DNA of 64,000 bases from Alphaproteobacteria bacterium (GTDB lineage: Bacteria; Pseudomonadota; Alphaproteobacteria; Rhodobacterales; Rhodobacteraceae). Below are positions 11,425 to 20,509 of this stretch, piece by piece (positions within the stretch are counted from its first letter, which is position 1; each line of letters opens with the position of its first letter). The notes beneath the pieces are model-generated. The model had not been told where the DNA came from and made no database searches. It saw only the letters and a list, made by a program, of their open reading frames with translations. The stretch is taken from contig JAUHYC010000007.1 of NCBI GenBank assembly GCA_030426685.1, positions 19,221 through 83,220 on the forward strand, read 5' to 3'. A program made the translations under genes and the position numbers.

Positions 11425-11450
11425 CATGTTTCGATTATGATCGAACTATG
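11425..11450. promoter_or_regulatory. palindromic operator (TTCGAT-TATG-ATCGAA) overlapping a -10 box
   Basis: Inverted repeat CAT..TTCGAT/ATCGAA..ATG covers the regulator start codon; TATGAT at 11436-11441. Confidence 0.6.
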
Positions 11451-12128
11451 AAAGACGGACCGGATATCGCCCAGATCGCTGCGTTGATCGGAGACCCTGC
11501 GCGCGCAAACATGCTGACGGCGCTGATGTCCGGCAAGGCGCTGACGGCGGGTGAACTGGCGCGCGAAGCTGGAATCAGCCCGCAAACCGCAAGCTCTCAT
11601 CTGAAAAAGCTGCTGGATGGCAGGTTGGTTCGTGTCCGCGGGCAAGGTCGTCACAAATACTACGGGTTGTCCGGTGAGGATGTTGCTCACACTCTGGAGC
11701 ATCTCATGGGGCTGGCGGCGGGGCGTGGTCATTTGCGGACGCGCACCGGACCCAGTGACGCCGAGATGCGGGAAGCGCGGGTGTGCTACAACCATCTGGC
11801 GGGCAGCCGGGGCGTGCAGATGTTCACTGCGATGCGGGCCCGGGGCTATCTCGATGCTAACGACGATGCGGTGACACTGACCGAGCCGGGTGCTCGGTTC
11901 TGCTCTGGCTTCGGCATCGATCTTGACGCGCTGGCCCGCAGCCGAGCACCGCTCTGTCGCCCCTGCCTGGACTGGAGCGAGCGCGAGACCCATCTGGCCG
12001 GAAAGCTGGGACGCGCCATGCTGACCCGGATGGAAGAGATCGGCTGGCTGGCGCGTAAACCCGATAGCCGGATCATCCGCTTCACCCGGACCGGCGCGGC
12101 AGAGTTCGACGCGCTGTTCGGCGCTTGA
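11448..12128 (+). CDS. ArsR/SmtB-family winged-helix regulator with C-terminal extension
   Basis: IGDPARANML, TAGELA..AGISPQTASSHL, ARVCYNHLAG, CLDWSER. Confidence 0.9.
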   Translation: MKDGPDIAQIAALIGDPARANMLTALMSGKALTAGELAREAGISPQTASSHLKKLLDGRLVRVRGQGRHKYYGLSGEDVAHTLEHLMGLAAGRGHLRTRTGPSDAEMREARVCYNHLAGSRGVQMFTAMRARGYLDANDDAVTLTEPGARFCSGFGIDLDALARSRAPLCRPCLDWSERETHLAGKLGRAMLTRMEEIGWLARKPDSRIIRFTRTGAAEFDALFGA

Positions 12129-12131
12129 GCG

Positions 12132-12572
12132 TTATTCTACCGTGATCGTGATCACCTCTGACACGATGGGTGTCGCGTGAGGGACGTGACCTGCGTCACC
12201 CAACACAAGCTGCAATGTGTGATCCCCCGGAGAAAGGTCCAGTGTGACTTCGGTCTGGCCGCCACCGAAATGCAGGTGATTGTCATCCGCGGGCAGGCCA
12301 TAGGCCAGTTCATCAGCACCATCTTCACCCTGCCCCAGCGGCGGGCGGTCGATCAGCAGGTGGTGATGCCCGGTATTTTCTTTCTCGGTCCCGGCGGGCG
12401 CAACACCCATGCCGCTGAGACCAAAGACGACGGTGACCGGCGATTGCACGGTGTCACCATCGGACAGGTTGGCGAAATAGACCTTGGCTTCGGGGTTCGA
12501 AGGCGTTTCCCCTCCGGCCCAGACGAAGCTGGCGATCAGACTCAGGGCGGCAGCTGTGAAAAGGGCTCTCAT
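12132..12572 (-). CDS. DUF4399-type secreted protein
   Basis: Signal peptide; GHHHLLID, HFGGGQTE, LSPGDHTLQLVLGD. Confidence 0.85.
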   Translation of the reverse strand: MRALFTAAALSLIASFVWAGGETPSNPEAKVYFANLSDGDTVQSPVTVVFGLSGMGVAPAGTEKENTGHHHLLIDRPPLGQGEDGADELAYGLPADDNHLHFGGGQTEVTLDLSPGDHTLQLVLGDAGHVPHATPIVSEVITITVE

Positions 12573-12800
12573 GATCTCCTCCTTGGTCACAAAATTGCCA
12601 TTCTCATCATAGCACGATTGAAAAAAAGTCCATAAATCCGGCTTTTGCGCGAGGTCCGCGGTTCGGGCGTCCTGCATATTCGGCGTTTCCCAGTCGCAAA
12701 CGATCCGATTCAAAACCCTGATATTATCCCATGTCTGCCCCGTTCTTGCCCAGATTGATCGCGATAAAGAGACAACGAACAGAAGACCTGGGGAACGAGA

Positions 12801-13706
12801 ATGGATCGACTGACCGAAATGGAGGCCTTTTCCAACGTGGTGGACCAGGGTGGTTTCACCGACGCGGCCAAAAAGATGGGCATCTCCAAATCAGCCGTGT
12901 CCAAGCATGTCTCGAGTCTCGAGGCACGGCTTGGGGCAAGGTTGCTGAACCGCACCACGCGCCGGGTGTCACCGACCGAAATCGGGCTGGCCTATTATGA
13001 TCGCGCGCGCCGTGTACTGAACGACGCGGGCGAGGCGGATGCGCTGGTGACTTCGATGCAATCCGATCCTTCTGGTCTGCTGCGGATCAGTGTGGCGACG
13101 GATTTCGGCGTCAATCATCTGTCTCCGGTTTTGTCAGAGTTTCTGTCTGCCTATCCCGATATCACCGTGAACATGGTATTGAACAACCGCTATGTTGAGT
13201 TGATCTCGGAAGGTTTTGACGTGGCCGTGCGCATTGGCGAGCTGGAAGACAGCACCCTGCGCGCGCGTAAACTGACCGAGACCGTAAAACGGATGGTCGC
13301 CGCCCCCAGCTATATCGAGCAGTTCGGACGTCCGCAGAAGATTGACGATCTGAACGAACACAAGCTGCTGCATTACTCCAGCCAATCCTCGGGCAGTGTC
13401 TGGAAGCTGACCGCGCCGTCTGGCGAAAAGCGTCAGGTGCGCACTGCCGGTTGGTTGAGTGTGAATGACGGGCAATCGCTGTTGAACGCAGCAATCTCGG
13501 GCCTCGGGATCGCGCATTTGCCCAGCTATCTCTATGCCGACGCGTTGAAATCTGGTCTGGTCGTGGATGCCATGCCTTCTCTGCCGGATGAGGTGCAAGG
13601 CGTCTATGCGGTGTACCCGCCGGGCCGGTTCACCCAGCCCAAGGTGCGGGCCTTCATTGATTTTCTGGTCGAGTCCTTTGCCGAAAAGGGCCCGATGGAT
13701 TGGTAG
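12801..13706 (+). CDS. LysR-family regulator (DmlR/CrgA-like)
   Basis: FTDAAKKMGISKSAVSKHVSSLEARLGARLLNRTTR. Confidence 0.95.
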   Translation: MDRLTEMEAFSNVVDQGGFTDAAKKMGISKSAVSKHVSSLEARLGARLLNRTTRRVSPTEIGLAYYDRARRVLNDAGEADALVTSMQSDPSGLLRISVATDFGVNHLSPVLSEFLSAYPDITVNMVLNNRYVELISEGFDVAVRIGELEDSTLRARKLTETVKRMVAAPSYIEQFGRPQKIDDLNEHKLLHYSSQSSGSVWKLTAPSGEKRQVRTAGWLSVNDGQSLLNAAISGLGIAHLPSYLYADALKSGLVVDAMPSLPDEVQGVYAVYPPGRFTQPKVRAFIDFLVESFAEKGPMDW

Positions 13707-13729
13707 AATTCTCCCTGAGGCACCTCAAC

Positions 13730-13759
13730 GGCCCGTGTTGAAAGACACGGGTCTTTTTT
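13730..13759 (+). terminator. intrinsic terminator
   Basis: GGCCCGTGT-TGAAAG-ACACGGGTC followed by TTTTTT. Confidence 0.8.
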
Positions 13760-14675
13760 AGGAGCCAATGACTGACAGGCCCATGTTGCGGGCCACGGCG
13801 CGCAGGCTGTCGGTCAGAACGGCTTGCCCCGGCAGGGGTCTCTCGGCGTGGCGCGCGAGCAGGGCGATGTCGCGGTTGGCATTGGCGATGGACAGCGGAC
13901 GCAGGCGCACCTCGTCGCGATAGATGCCCTGTCTGCGGGCATAGAGGTCGGGCAGGATGGCGACGCCCACGCCCGAGGCCGCCATCAAGACGATGGAGTC
14001 CAGCGTCGTACCCTCATATTCATCCGACACCACGCCGCCGCATTCCGCGGCAAGCGCATAGACGATGCGCGACAGGCGATGGCTTTGATCCAGTGTCAGG
14101 AACAGGCGGTTCTGCAGGCTATCGGCACTGACGCCCTGCTGGTCCTGTGCCAGCACATCATCGACGGCCACCGCAACCCAGAGGGATTCGTTGAACAGGC
14201 GTTGCTGAACCGTGTTCGGGTGATCCTCGGGCGTTGACAGGATCAGGTCAAAGCGCCCGGTCTTGAGGCCCTGTTCCAGATCGCGGGTGTTTTCCTCGCG
14301 CACGACGATGCGCAGGCCGGGGCGCAGGCGGTGGACCTCTTTGATCACCTGCGGCAGCAGGTAAGGCCCGATCGAGGGCAGCACACCCAGGCGTAACCGT
14401 CCGCCCATTGGCGTGTCGCTGGACATCGCGTGACGCAGATCCTTCACGTCGGCCAGGATCTTCTGCGCGCGCGCGATGAAGTCCTCCCCCTTGGCCGTCA
14501 CCTGCACGCCACCGCGGTTGCGGTCAAAGATGCGGACGCCAAGCTCTTGTTCCACCGTCGCAATTTGAGCCGAGAGGCTAGGCTGGCTGACATTCAGCAC
14601 GTCGGCGGCCAGGCTGAATCGGCCCAGGCGGCTGACAGTGACAATGTATTCCAATTGGCGCAGGGTTGGACGCAT
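13758..14675 (-). CDS. OxyR-like LysR regulator lacking the peroxidatic Cys
   Basis: PTLRQLEYIV..VSQPSLSAQI, LGVLPSIGPYLLP; SHRLS where OxyR has GHCLR. Confidence 0.88.
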   Translation of the reverse strand: MRPTLRQLEYIVTVSRLGRFSLAADVLNVSQPSLSAQIATVEQELGVRIFDRNRGGVQVTAKGEDFIARAQKILADVKDLRHAMSSDTPMGGRLRLGVLPSIGPYLLPQVIKEVHRLRPGLRIVVREENTRDLEQGLKTGRFDLILSTPEDHPNTVQQRLFNESLWVAVAVDDVLAQDQQGVSADSLQNRLFLTLDQSHRLSRIVYALAAECGGVVSDEYEGTTLDSIVLMAASGVGVAILPDLYARRQGIYRDEVRLRPLSIANANRDIALLARHAERPLPGQAVLTDSLRAVARNMGLSVIGS

Positions 14676-14679
14676 TTAC

Positions 14680-14716
14680 ATAGTTTATAACTAACCAAAA
14701 CTTAGAAAGATAGTAT
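14680..14716. promoter_or_regulatory. OxyR-type four-tetramer operator ATAG-N7-CTAA-N7-TTAG-N7-GTAT
   Basis: 13/16 match to ATAG-N7-CTAT-N7-ATAG-N7-CTAT with exact spacing, between divergent genes. Confidence 0.7.
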
Positions 14717-14774
14717 TTGGCGAATTCAATTTTGCAAGGCACCTAGCCCGAAACCGAGGGAACAGGAGCCAAAA

Positions 14775-15737
14775 ATGTCAGAAGTGATCGAGACGCTGTC
14801 CAACAACCTGCTGGTGCCGACCATATTGTTTTTTGCCCTCGGGCTATTGGCGGCCTTTGTGCGCAGTGATCTGTCGATCCCGGCGGGGGCGGCAAAGTTC
14901 ATGTCATTGTACCTGCTGTTGGCCATCGGGTTCAAAGGCGGGGCCAGCCTGGCCGAGCACGGCATTCACCTGCAATTGTTCCTGACCTTGATGGGTGGGG
15001 TTGCCCTGTCCTTTGCCATACCGTTCGTTGGGTTTGGGCTGTTGCGGGTCATGACCCGGCTTGACCCGCTGAACGCCGCGGCGGTGGCCGGGCATTACGG
15101 GTCAATCTCGATTGTCACCTTCGTCACCGCCACCAGCCTGCTGGATCTGGTGGGGCTGCGCCATGACGGTTTCATGGTGGCCGTCGCCGCCGCAATGGAG
15201 GTTCCGGCCATCCTGTCGGCGCTCTGGCTGGCACATACGGCTGGCAGCAATGGCGTCAGGGATGACAAGCTGTGGCGTGACCTGCTGGCCAATGGCTCGA
15301 TCGTCCTGCTCACCGGGGCGTTCCTGATCGGGGCCATCACCGGCGGCGAAGGCATGCAGATGATTGCGCCTTTCATCGTGACGCCTTTCACCGGCATTCT
15401 GTGCCTGTTCCTGCTGGACATGGGCCTGTCTGCAGGGCGCAGCCTGATCGGCAATCGCGATAAGCTGTCGGTCGGCCTGTTTGCCTTTGGTGTGCTGATG
15501 CCGCTGATCGGAGCAATGATGGCCTGGAGCGTCGGGGCGCTGATCGGATTGCCACATGGCAGCCTGTTCCTGTTCATGGTGCTGGCGGCCTCGGCCTCAT
15601 ATATTGCGGTGCCCGCCGCGATGAAGATCGCATTGCCCAAGGCCGAGTCGGGGATATACCTGACGCTGTCTCTGGGGGTCTCGTTCCCTTTCAACATCAC
15701 GGTCGGGCTGCCGCTCTATCTGTGGTGGGTCAGTTGA
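14775..15737 (+). CDS. SbtA-family (sodium-dependent bicarbonate transport) permease
   Basis: SLYLLLAIGFKGG, AAAVAGHYGSISIVTF, FLLDMG, AASASYIAVPAA, FPFNITVGLPLY. Confidence 0.9.
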   Translation: MSEVIETLSNNLLVPTILFFALGLLAAFVRSDLSIPAGAAKFMSLYLLLAIGFKGGASLAEHGIHLQLFLTLMGGVALSFAIPFVGFGLLRVMTRLDPLNAAAVAGHYGSISIVTFVTATSLLDLVGLRHDGFMVAVAAAMEVPAILSALWLAHTAGSNGVRDDKLWRDLLANGSIVLLTGAFLIGAITGGEGMQMIAPFIVTPFTGILCLFLLDMGLSAGRSLIGNRDKLSVGLFAFGVLMPLIGAMMAWSVGALIGLPHGSLFLFMVLAASASYIAVPAAMKIALPKAESGIYLTLSLGVSFPFNITVGLPLYLWWVS

Positions 15738-16632
15738 TCAGCAGCACGGCCTCGACCCGGCGATTGATGTCGCGCCCTTCGGCCGTAGCGTTCGAGGTAA
15801 TCGGGGCGAGATAGCCTGCACCCTGTGCCTCGACCCGGTCGGGGGCGATACCGTGGGCCTCGATCAAACGGGTGCGCACGGCCTCGGCCCGCTTGGTGCT
15901 GACCGCGACATTGGCCTGCAGATCACCGGTATCGTCCGTGTGACCCACCAGCGCCAGACGGGTGTCGGGGTGGTCGGACAGATAACCGGCCAGCAGCGCC
16001 AAGGACGCAAAAGGCCCCTCGCCCAGCGCCACCTCACCAGTGCGGAAATGCAGATCGTCGAGGATGACGTGACCGTTGCGGCTGAGGTCGCTCAGCAACC
16101 CGGTTGCGCCATCCACGGCGTCTTCGATCACCAGCGGCGGCGGAGGTTGCGAGCCTACGGGCGTGACCCGGATCATCTGCACATAACCGTCGGGCGGGTT
16201 GCGGCTGACCAGCAGGCTCAGCACATCGTCGCCGCGGATAGCGGACAGAAAGCGATAATCATGAATCGCCACATACATATCGGGGGTTGGCACAACCTCG
16301 GTACCAAAGCGGAAATCGAAGCCGCCGCAATCACGGGCCTCACAATCAAACAGGATCTCATAGCCCTGCGCCAGCACCTGGTCGCGCAGCGGCGCCAGGA
16401 TTTGCAAAGTGGTACTGGATCCGGCCTGAAGCTGCCATGTCAAGCGTTCCACCCGCCCCTCGACCGTACGGGCGGGCACCACACCGTCAGCGAACACACC
16501 GGTCGGCACGTCATAGCTGTCGAGCGCGCTGGTCCGGTCGGAGATCTGCCGCGCACTCTGGGGCAAAACCAATTCCTGGGCCAGCGCCGGGGCCGCCATC
16601 AGCACCAAACAGAGGGGAAGAGATCGGATCAT
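15730..16632 (-). CDS. OmpA-family protein
   Basis: Signal peptide; LVGHTDDTG..N..VS.KRAEAV, NRRVEAV. Confidence 0.9.
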   Translation of the reverse strand: MIRSLPLCLVLMAAPALAQELVLPQSARQISDRTSALDSYDVPTGVFADGVVPARTVEGRVERLTWQLQAGSSTTLQILAPLRDQVLAQGYEILFDCEARDCGGFDFRFGTEVVPTPDMYVAIHDYRFLSAIRGDDVLSLLVSRNPPDGYVQMIRVTPVGSQPPPPLVIEDAVDGATGLLSDLSRNGHVILDDLHFRTGEVALGEGPFASLALLAGYLSDHPDTRLALVGHTDDTGDLQANVAVSTKRAEAVRTRLIEAHGIAPDRVEAQGAGYLAPITSNATAEGRDINRRVEAVLLIN

Positions 16633-17201
16633 CGAAACTGGGCGTGATACTCGGGGTTGGGAACCATGGCGGTGGCGCTGGCCACCCGGTTGGTCATGTT
16701 GAAAAACCCGGCGACATTGGCAATGTCCCAGATATCGCGGTCGCTGAACCCCGCATCGCGCAGCTTCTGACGGTCGGGTTCTTCGATCGTGGTGCTGGCG
16801 GTTGTCATCTTGGCGGCGAAATCCAGCATCGTGCGCTGACGTCCGTCCAAAGGTGCAACACGGTAGTTCATCACCAGCATCTCTCCCAATTGCGGATCAC
16901 CGGACAGTTGCCGTACCGCCGCGCCATGGGCCACGAGGCAGTAGAAGCATTTGTTGATCGATGAGACCACGACAGCAATCATCTCGCGTTCCAGCTTGGA
17001 CAATCCGCTATCGGCCAGCATCAGGTCATTATACATCGCCGTGAACGCATTCAGCTTGTCGATGTCGAACGCATAGGCCCGCAGCACGTTTGGCACCATG
17101 CCCAGTTTTTCGACACAGATATCAAAATATTTCTGTGTTTCCGGTGGCAGCGGATCCATCTGGGGCAAGTTCAGGGCGGTGGGCATATCCTGTTTGGTCA
17201 A
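16629..17201 (-). CDS. peroxidase-related enzyme (AhpD/CMD family)
   Basis: EREMIAVVVSSINKCFYCLVAHG (CxxC); TTG start behind GAGGAG. Confidence 0.88.
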   Translation of the reverse strand: MTKQDMPTALNLPQMDPLPPETQKYFDICVEKLGMVPNVLRAYAFDIDKLNAFTAMYNDLMLADSGLSKLEREMIAVVVSSINKCFYCLVAHGAAVRQLSGDPQLGEMLVMNYRVAPLDGRQRTMLDFAAKMTTASTTIEEPDRQKLRDAGFSDRDIWDIANVAGFFNMTNRVASATAMVPNPEYHAQFR

Positions 17202-17211
17202 TTCGCTCTCC

Positions 17212-17922
17212 TCAGACGCGGTGGCGGTAATGGTATTCTCCGACGCTCTCCATCCCCAGCGACTGATAGAGGCCATTGGCCCCCGCATTCGCCTTGGTAC
17301 AGATCACGCTAAGCGTCTTGGCGCCATTGTCCAGCGCCCAAAAAGCCGCGGCGCGCATGGCCCACTGGCCCATGCCCTGACGGCGATGATCGGGCAGGAT
17401 TTCCAGCGCGTGCATCATGGCAATCCCGTCATGTACCGCAACGAAACCGGTGCCTGCAGCCTGATCGCTGCGCCGCATCAACTGGCCCGTCTTTGGTCCT
17501 TTCGCGCGCTCCATGATGGCCAGACGCTCAGGTCCGATTCCGCCCTGTGCCCAAATCTCGCGCATGATGGCCAAAGGCTCCCAGACGTTGAAAACGGTCA
17601 CGCGCGGGAGAGGGATATCGGTCAGATGTTCCGCCGGACAGGCATAGATATTAACCGGATCAAGGATGTCATAGCCGCGTTTTGCAAGCCGTGCGTCCAG
17701 CGCCTCGTCCCCCGGCCAGAGGCAGAAGAGGCGCTGTTGCCCCATTGCCTGCATGGCGATCTCGGCCGCGTCGATATCAGCATCCGCCACATCGCCGATC
17801 CGGCTGGCGGCCGACACGCGCGAACCGCCGCCCTGCCCCTGCCGCAACAGGAACGGCCCCAGCGTCTGGTAGTGCGCGGCAGGCCAGGTGCCGTCGACAA
17901 TCGCGGGCCAGTTGACGCTCAA
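17212..17922 (-). CDS. GNAT acetyltransferase
   Basis: EILPDHRRQGMGQ acetyl-CoA motif, N..ANGLYQSLG. Confidence 0.87.
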   Translation of the reverse strand: MSVNWPAIVDGTWPAAHYQTLGPFLLRQGQGGGSRVSAASRIGDVADADIDAAEIAMQAMGQQRLFCLWPGDEALDARLAKRGYDILDPVNIYACPAEHLTDIPLPRVTVFNVWEPLAIMREIWAQGGIGPERLAIMERAKGPKTGQLMRRSDQAAGTGFVAVHDGIAMMHALEILPDHRRQGMGQWAMRAAAFWALDNGAKTLSVICTKANAGANGLYQSLGMESVGEYHYRHRV

Positions 17923-18641
17923 ATCTCGAATTCTTTCGCAAGGCGGGTGATGGCGGCATCGATGCGCGCACCCTCAGTGCCGCGCACAACGACATTCGCT
18001 CCGAATACACCGTTGGTCTGAAACGGGTAGCAGCCAATGGTCAGATCATCAAATTCCGCAGCCAGTTCCGACAGGGTTGCGGCGATATCGCCCTCGCCCC
18101 GGTTCAGGCGCAGGGTTTGCGACAATAGCGGGCGGCCACCGGTCAGGGCGGGCAGGACGCTGGCGACCATGGCCTGAAACACCAGCGGCACCCCGGCCAT
18201 CACATGGACATTCCCGATGGTGAACCCCGGCGCGGTGGACACCGGATTGTCGATCAGTGCCGCCCCGTCCGGGATACGCGCCATACGCAGCCGCGCCGCG
18301 TTCAACTCCTGACCGGACTTGTCGTAATGCGCCTCAAGCAGCGCGCGGGCATCGTCGCGCACATCAATATGCGCCCCAAAGGCACGGGCGATGCAATCGG
18401 CAGTGATATCGTCATGAGTCGGACCAATGCCGCCGCTGGTAAAGACGTGATCATGGGTCTCGGACAGAGCCCGAACCGCTGTCTCAATGGCCGGGGCGTG
18501 GTCGCGGACGATCCGCACCTCAATCAGGTCGATGCCGTGTTTCGTCAATTCCCCTGCCAGAAAATGCATGTTGGCATCGCGGGTCCGTCCCGACAGGATC
18601 TCATCCCCGATCACCAGCATCGCGGCGGTTGGATTGGCCAT
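17919..18641 (-). CDS. CinA-like molybdopterin-binding domain protein
   Basis: IGDEILSGRTRDAN, TSGGIGPTHDDIT, MAGVP. Confidence 0.9.
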   Translation of the reverse strand: MANPTAAMLVIGDEILSGRTRDANMHFLAGELTKHGIDLIEVRIVRDHAPAIETAVRALSETHDHVFTSGGIGPTHDDITADCIARAFGAHIDVRDDARALLEAHYDKSGQELNAARLRMARIPDGAALIDNPVSTAPGFTIGNVHVMAGVPLVFQAMVASVLPALTGGRPLLSQTLRLNRGEGDIAATLSELAAEFDDLTIGCYPFQTNGVFGANVVVRGTEGARIDAAITRLAKEFEI

Positions 18642-18692
18642 GGCATGCCCTCCCTCTTGATCGGCCCTGATGGCAGGTATAGGCCGGAGGCC

Positions 18693-19394
18693 ATGCGATT
18701 TGAAACCCCCCTTGTCCCCGCCCGCCTGATCCGCCGCTACAAACGCTTTCTGGCCGATTGCCAATTGGAGGACGGGCGCGAGGTCATCGCTCATTGCGCC
18801 AACCCCGGCTCGATGATGGGGCTGGCCGAGCCGGGTGAGAAAATCTGGCTGGAGCCCAATGACGATCCGAAGAAAAAGCTGAAATACGGCTGGCGGCTGG
18901 TCGATCATGAGAACGGGCATTTCACCGGGGTCGATACGTCCGTCCCGAACAAAGCCCTGCGGGCGGCGCTGCAGGCGCGCGAGATCCCTGAATTGGCGGC
19001 CTATGAAACGGTGCGGCCCGAGGTCAAATACGGTGAAAACAGCCGCATCGATTTCCTGCTGAGTGGGCCCGGCCTGCCCGATGCCTATGTCGAGGTCAAA
19101 AGCGTCACGCTGTCGCGCCAGCCCGGTCTGGCCGAGTTTCCCGACAGCGTCACCGCCCGCGGCACCAAACATCTGGGTGAACTGGCGGCAATGGTGGCAC
19201 AGGGGCACCGGGCGGTGATGCTGTATCTGGTGCAGCGCACCGATTGTGACCGGTTTATACTGGCTGCGGATATTGATCCAGCTTATGCGGCGGCCTTTGA
19301 GACGGCGACAGGTGTTGAACGCCTTGTCGTTGGCACTCGGATATCGCCCGAGGGCGTCTGGGTCGAGCCCGCCCGGCGATGGCACATGGGCTAG
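18693..19394 (+). CDS. sfsA: DNA/RNA nuclease SfsA
   Basis: RRYKRFLAD, AHCANPGSM, SRIDFLL, YVEVKSVTL, FPDSVTARGTKHL. Confidence 0.94.
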   Translation: MRFETPLVPARLIRRYKRFLADCQLEDGREVIAHCANPGSMMGLAEPGEKIWLEPNDDPKKKLKYGWRLVDHENGHFTGVDTSVPNKALRAALQAREIPELAAYETVRPEVKYGENSRIDFLLSGPGLPDAYVEVKSVTLSRQPGLAEFPDSVTARGTKHLGELAAMVAQGHRAVMLYLVQRTDCDRFILAADIDPAYAAAFETATGVERLVVGTRISPEGVWVEPARRWHMG

Positions 19395-19504
19395 AAACTT
19401 TTTTTAACCGACCCCAATTACAGGTTGAAAACTGCACCCTCTGGTACTTTCTGCACAAGCAGCGTAAAAGGAATGCTGCGCGAAATATTTGGAGTCCCGC
19501 ATCG

Positions 19505-20317
19505 ATGAAAGAACATCGTGGCCGTCTGACCAAGGACGGTATCCGCATCTATGAACAGGGTGACTTTGCCGGGATGCACGCGGCGGGGGCCTTGGCTGCG
19601 CGGATATTGGACGATATTGCCGATCATGTATTTGTCGGTCAGACCACGGGTGTGATTGACGGCCTGATCACTCAGATGGTCGAGGACGCGGGCGCGACCT
19701 CGGCGACCATCGGATACAAAGGCTATCAGCATGCAAGCTGTATCAGCGTGAATCACGTGGTCTGCCATGGCATTCCCGGCGACAAGCGGCTGAAGGATGG
19801 GGACATCCTGAATATCGACGTGACTGTCATCGTCGACGGCTGGTTCGGCGATACTTCGCGCATGTATGTGGCCGGTAAACTGCCCCGCAAGGCGGAACGG
19901 CTGATTCAGGTCACCCATGACGCGCTGTTCAAAGGGATCGAGATGGTCAAGCCGGGCAATACGTTCGGCGATATCGGCCATGCCATTCAGGCCTATGTCG
20001 AGGCGCACCGGATGAGCGTTGTCCGCGATTTCTGCGGCCACGGTCTGGGCCGTGTATTCCACGCGCCACCGAATGTGCTGCACTATGGCCGTCCGGGCAC
20101 CGGCGCGGTTCTGGAAGAGGGCATGTTCTTTACCATCGAGCCGATGGTCAATCTGGGCCGTCCCGAGACCAAAACGCTGGCCGATGACTGGACCGCAGTG
20201 ACCCGAGACAAATCGCTGTCGGCGCAGTTCGAGCACTCGGTAGGTGTGACGGCGGATGGGGTAGAGATTTTCACCCTGTCACCGGGCGGAAAGTATCACC
20301 CGACCTATTCCTCCTGA
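19505..20317 (+). CDS. map: type I methionyl aminopeptidase
   Basis: CISVNHVVCHGIP, DILNIDV, GHGLG, FTIEPMVN, SAQFEHSV. Confidence 0.96.
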   Translation: MKEHRGRLTKDGIRIYEQGDFAGMHAAGALAARILDDIADHVFVGQTTGVIDGLITQMVEDAGATSATIGYKGYQHASCISVNHVVCHGIPGDKRLKDGDILNIDVTVIVDGWFGDTSRMYVAGKLPRKAERLIQVTHDALFKGIEMVKPGNTFGDIGHAIQAYVEAHRMSVVRDFCGHGLGRVFHAPPNVLHYGRPGTGAVLEEGMFFTIEPMVNLGRPETKTLADDWTAVTRDKSLSAQFEHSVGVTADGVEIFTLSPGGKYHPTYSS

Positions 20318-20484
20318 TCGGCGGCTTGATCGCGCAGCAGCTTCAGCAGCAAGGTCTCATCCCGCCAGGGAATGACCGCGTCGTGGATGAAAACCGGCGC
20401 GCGCATCGGCTTGGGCGGTGGCCCGGTGGCGGTGTCGGTGTCCTTTGAGAAGTTCCAGAGCGGTGGGGTGATGGCGCGGTCCAT
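20305..20484 (-). CDS. small hypothetical protein (59 aa)
   Basis: MDRAITPPLWNF...; codons mostly end in G/C; follows the HAD gene on the same strand. Confidence 0.45.
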   Translation of the reverse strand: MDRAITPPLWNFSKDTDTATGPPPKPMRAPVFIHDAVIPWRDETLLLKLLRDQAADQEE

Positions 20485-20509
20485 GGCTGCATCATAGCAG
20501 ATAATCGGG

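Noticed and set aside
18204-18692. Long N-terminal extensions in the ORF track (sfsA, 22222-23010 prx, cinA, 54503 panC, 62147-63241)
   Set aside because: They overlap real genes on the other strand or frame; homology and RBS begin at internal Mets.
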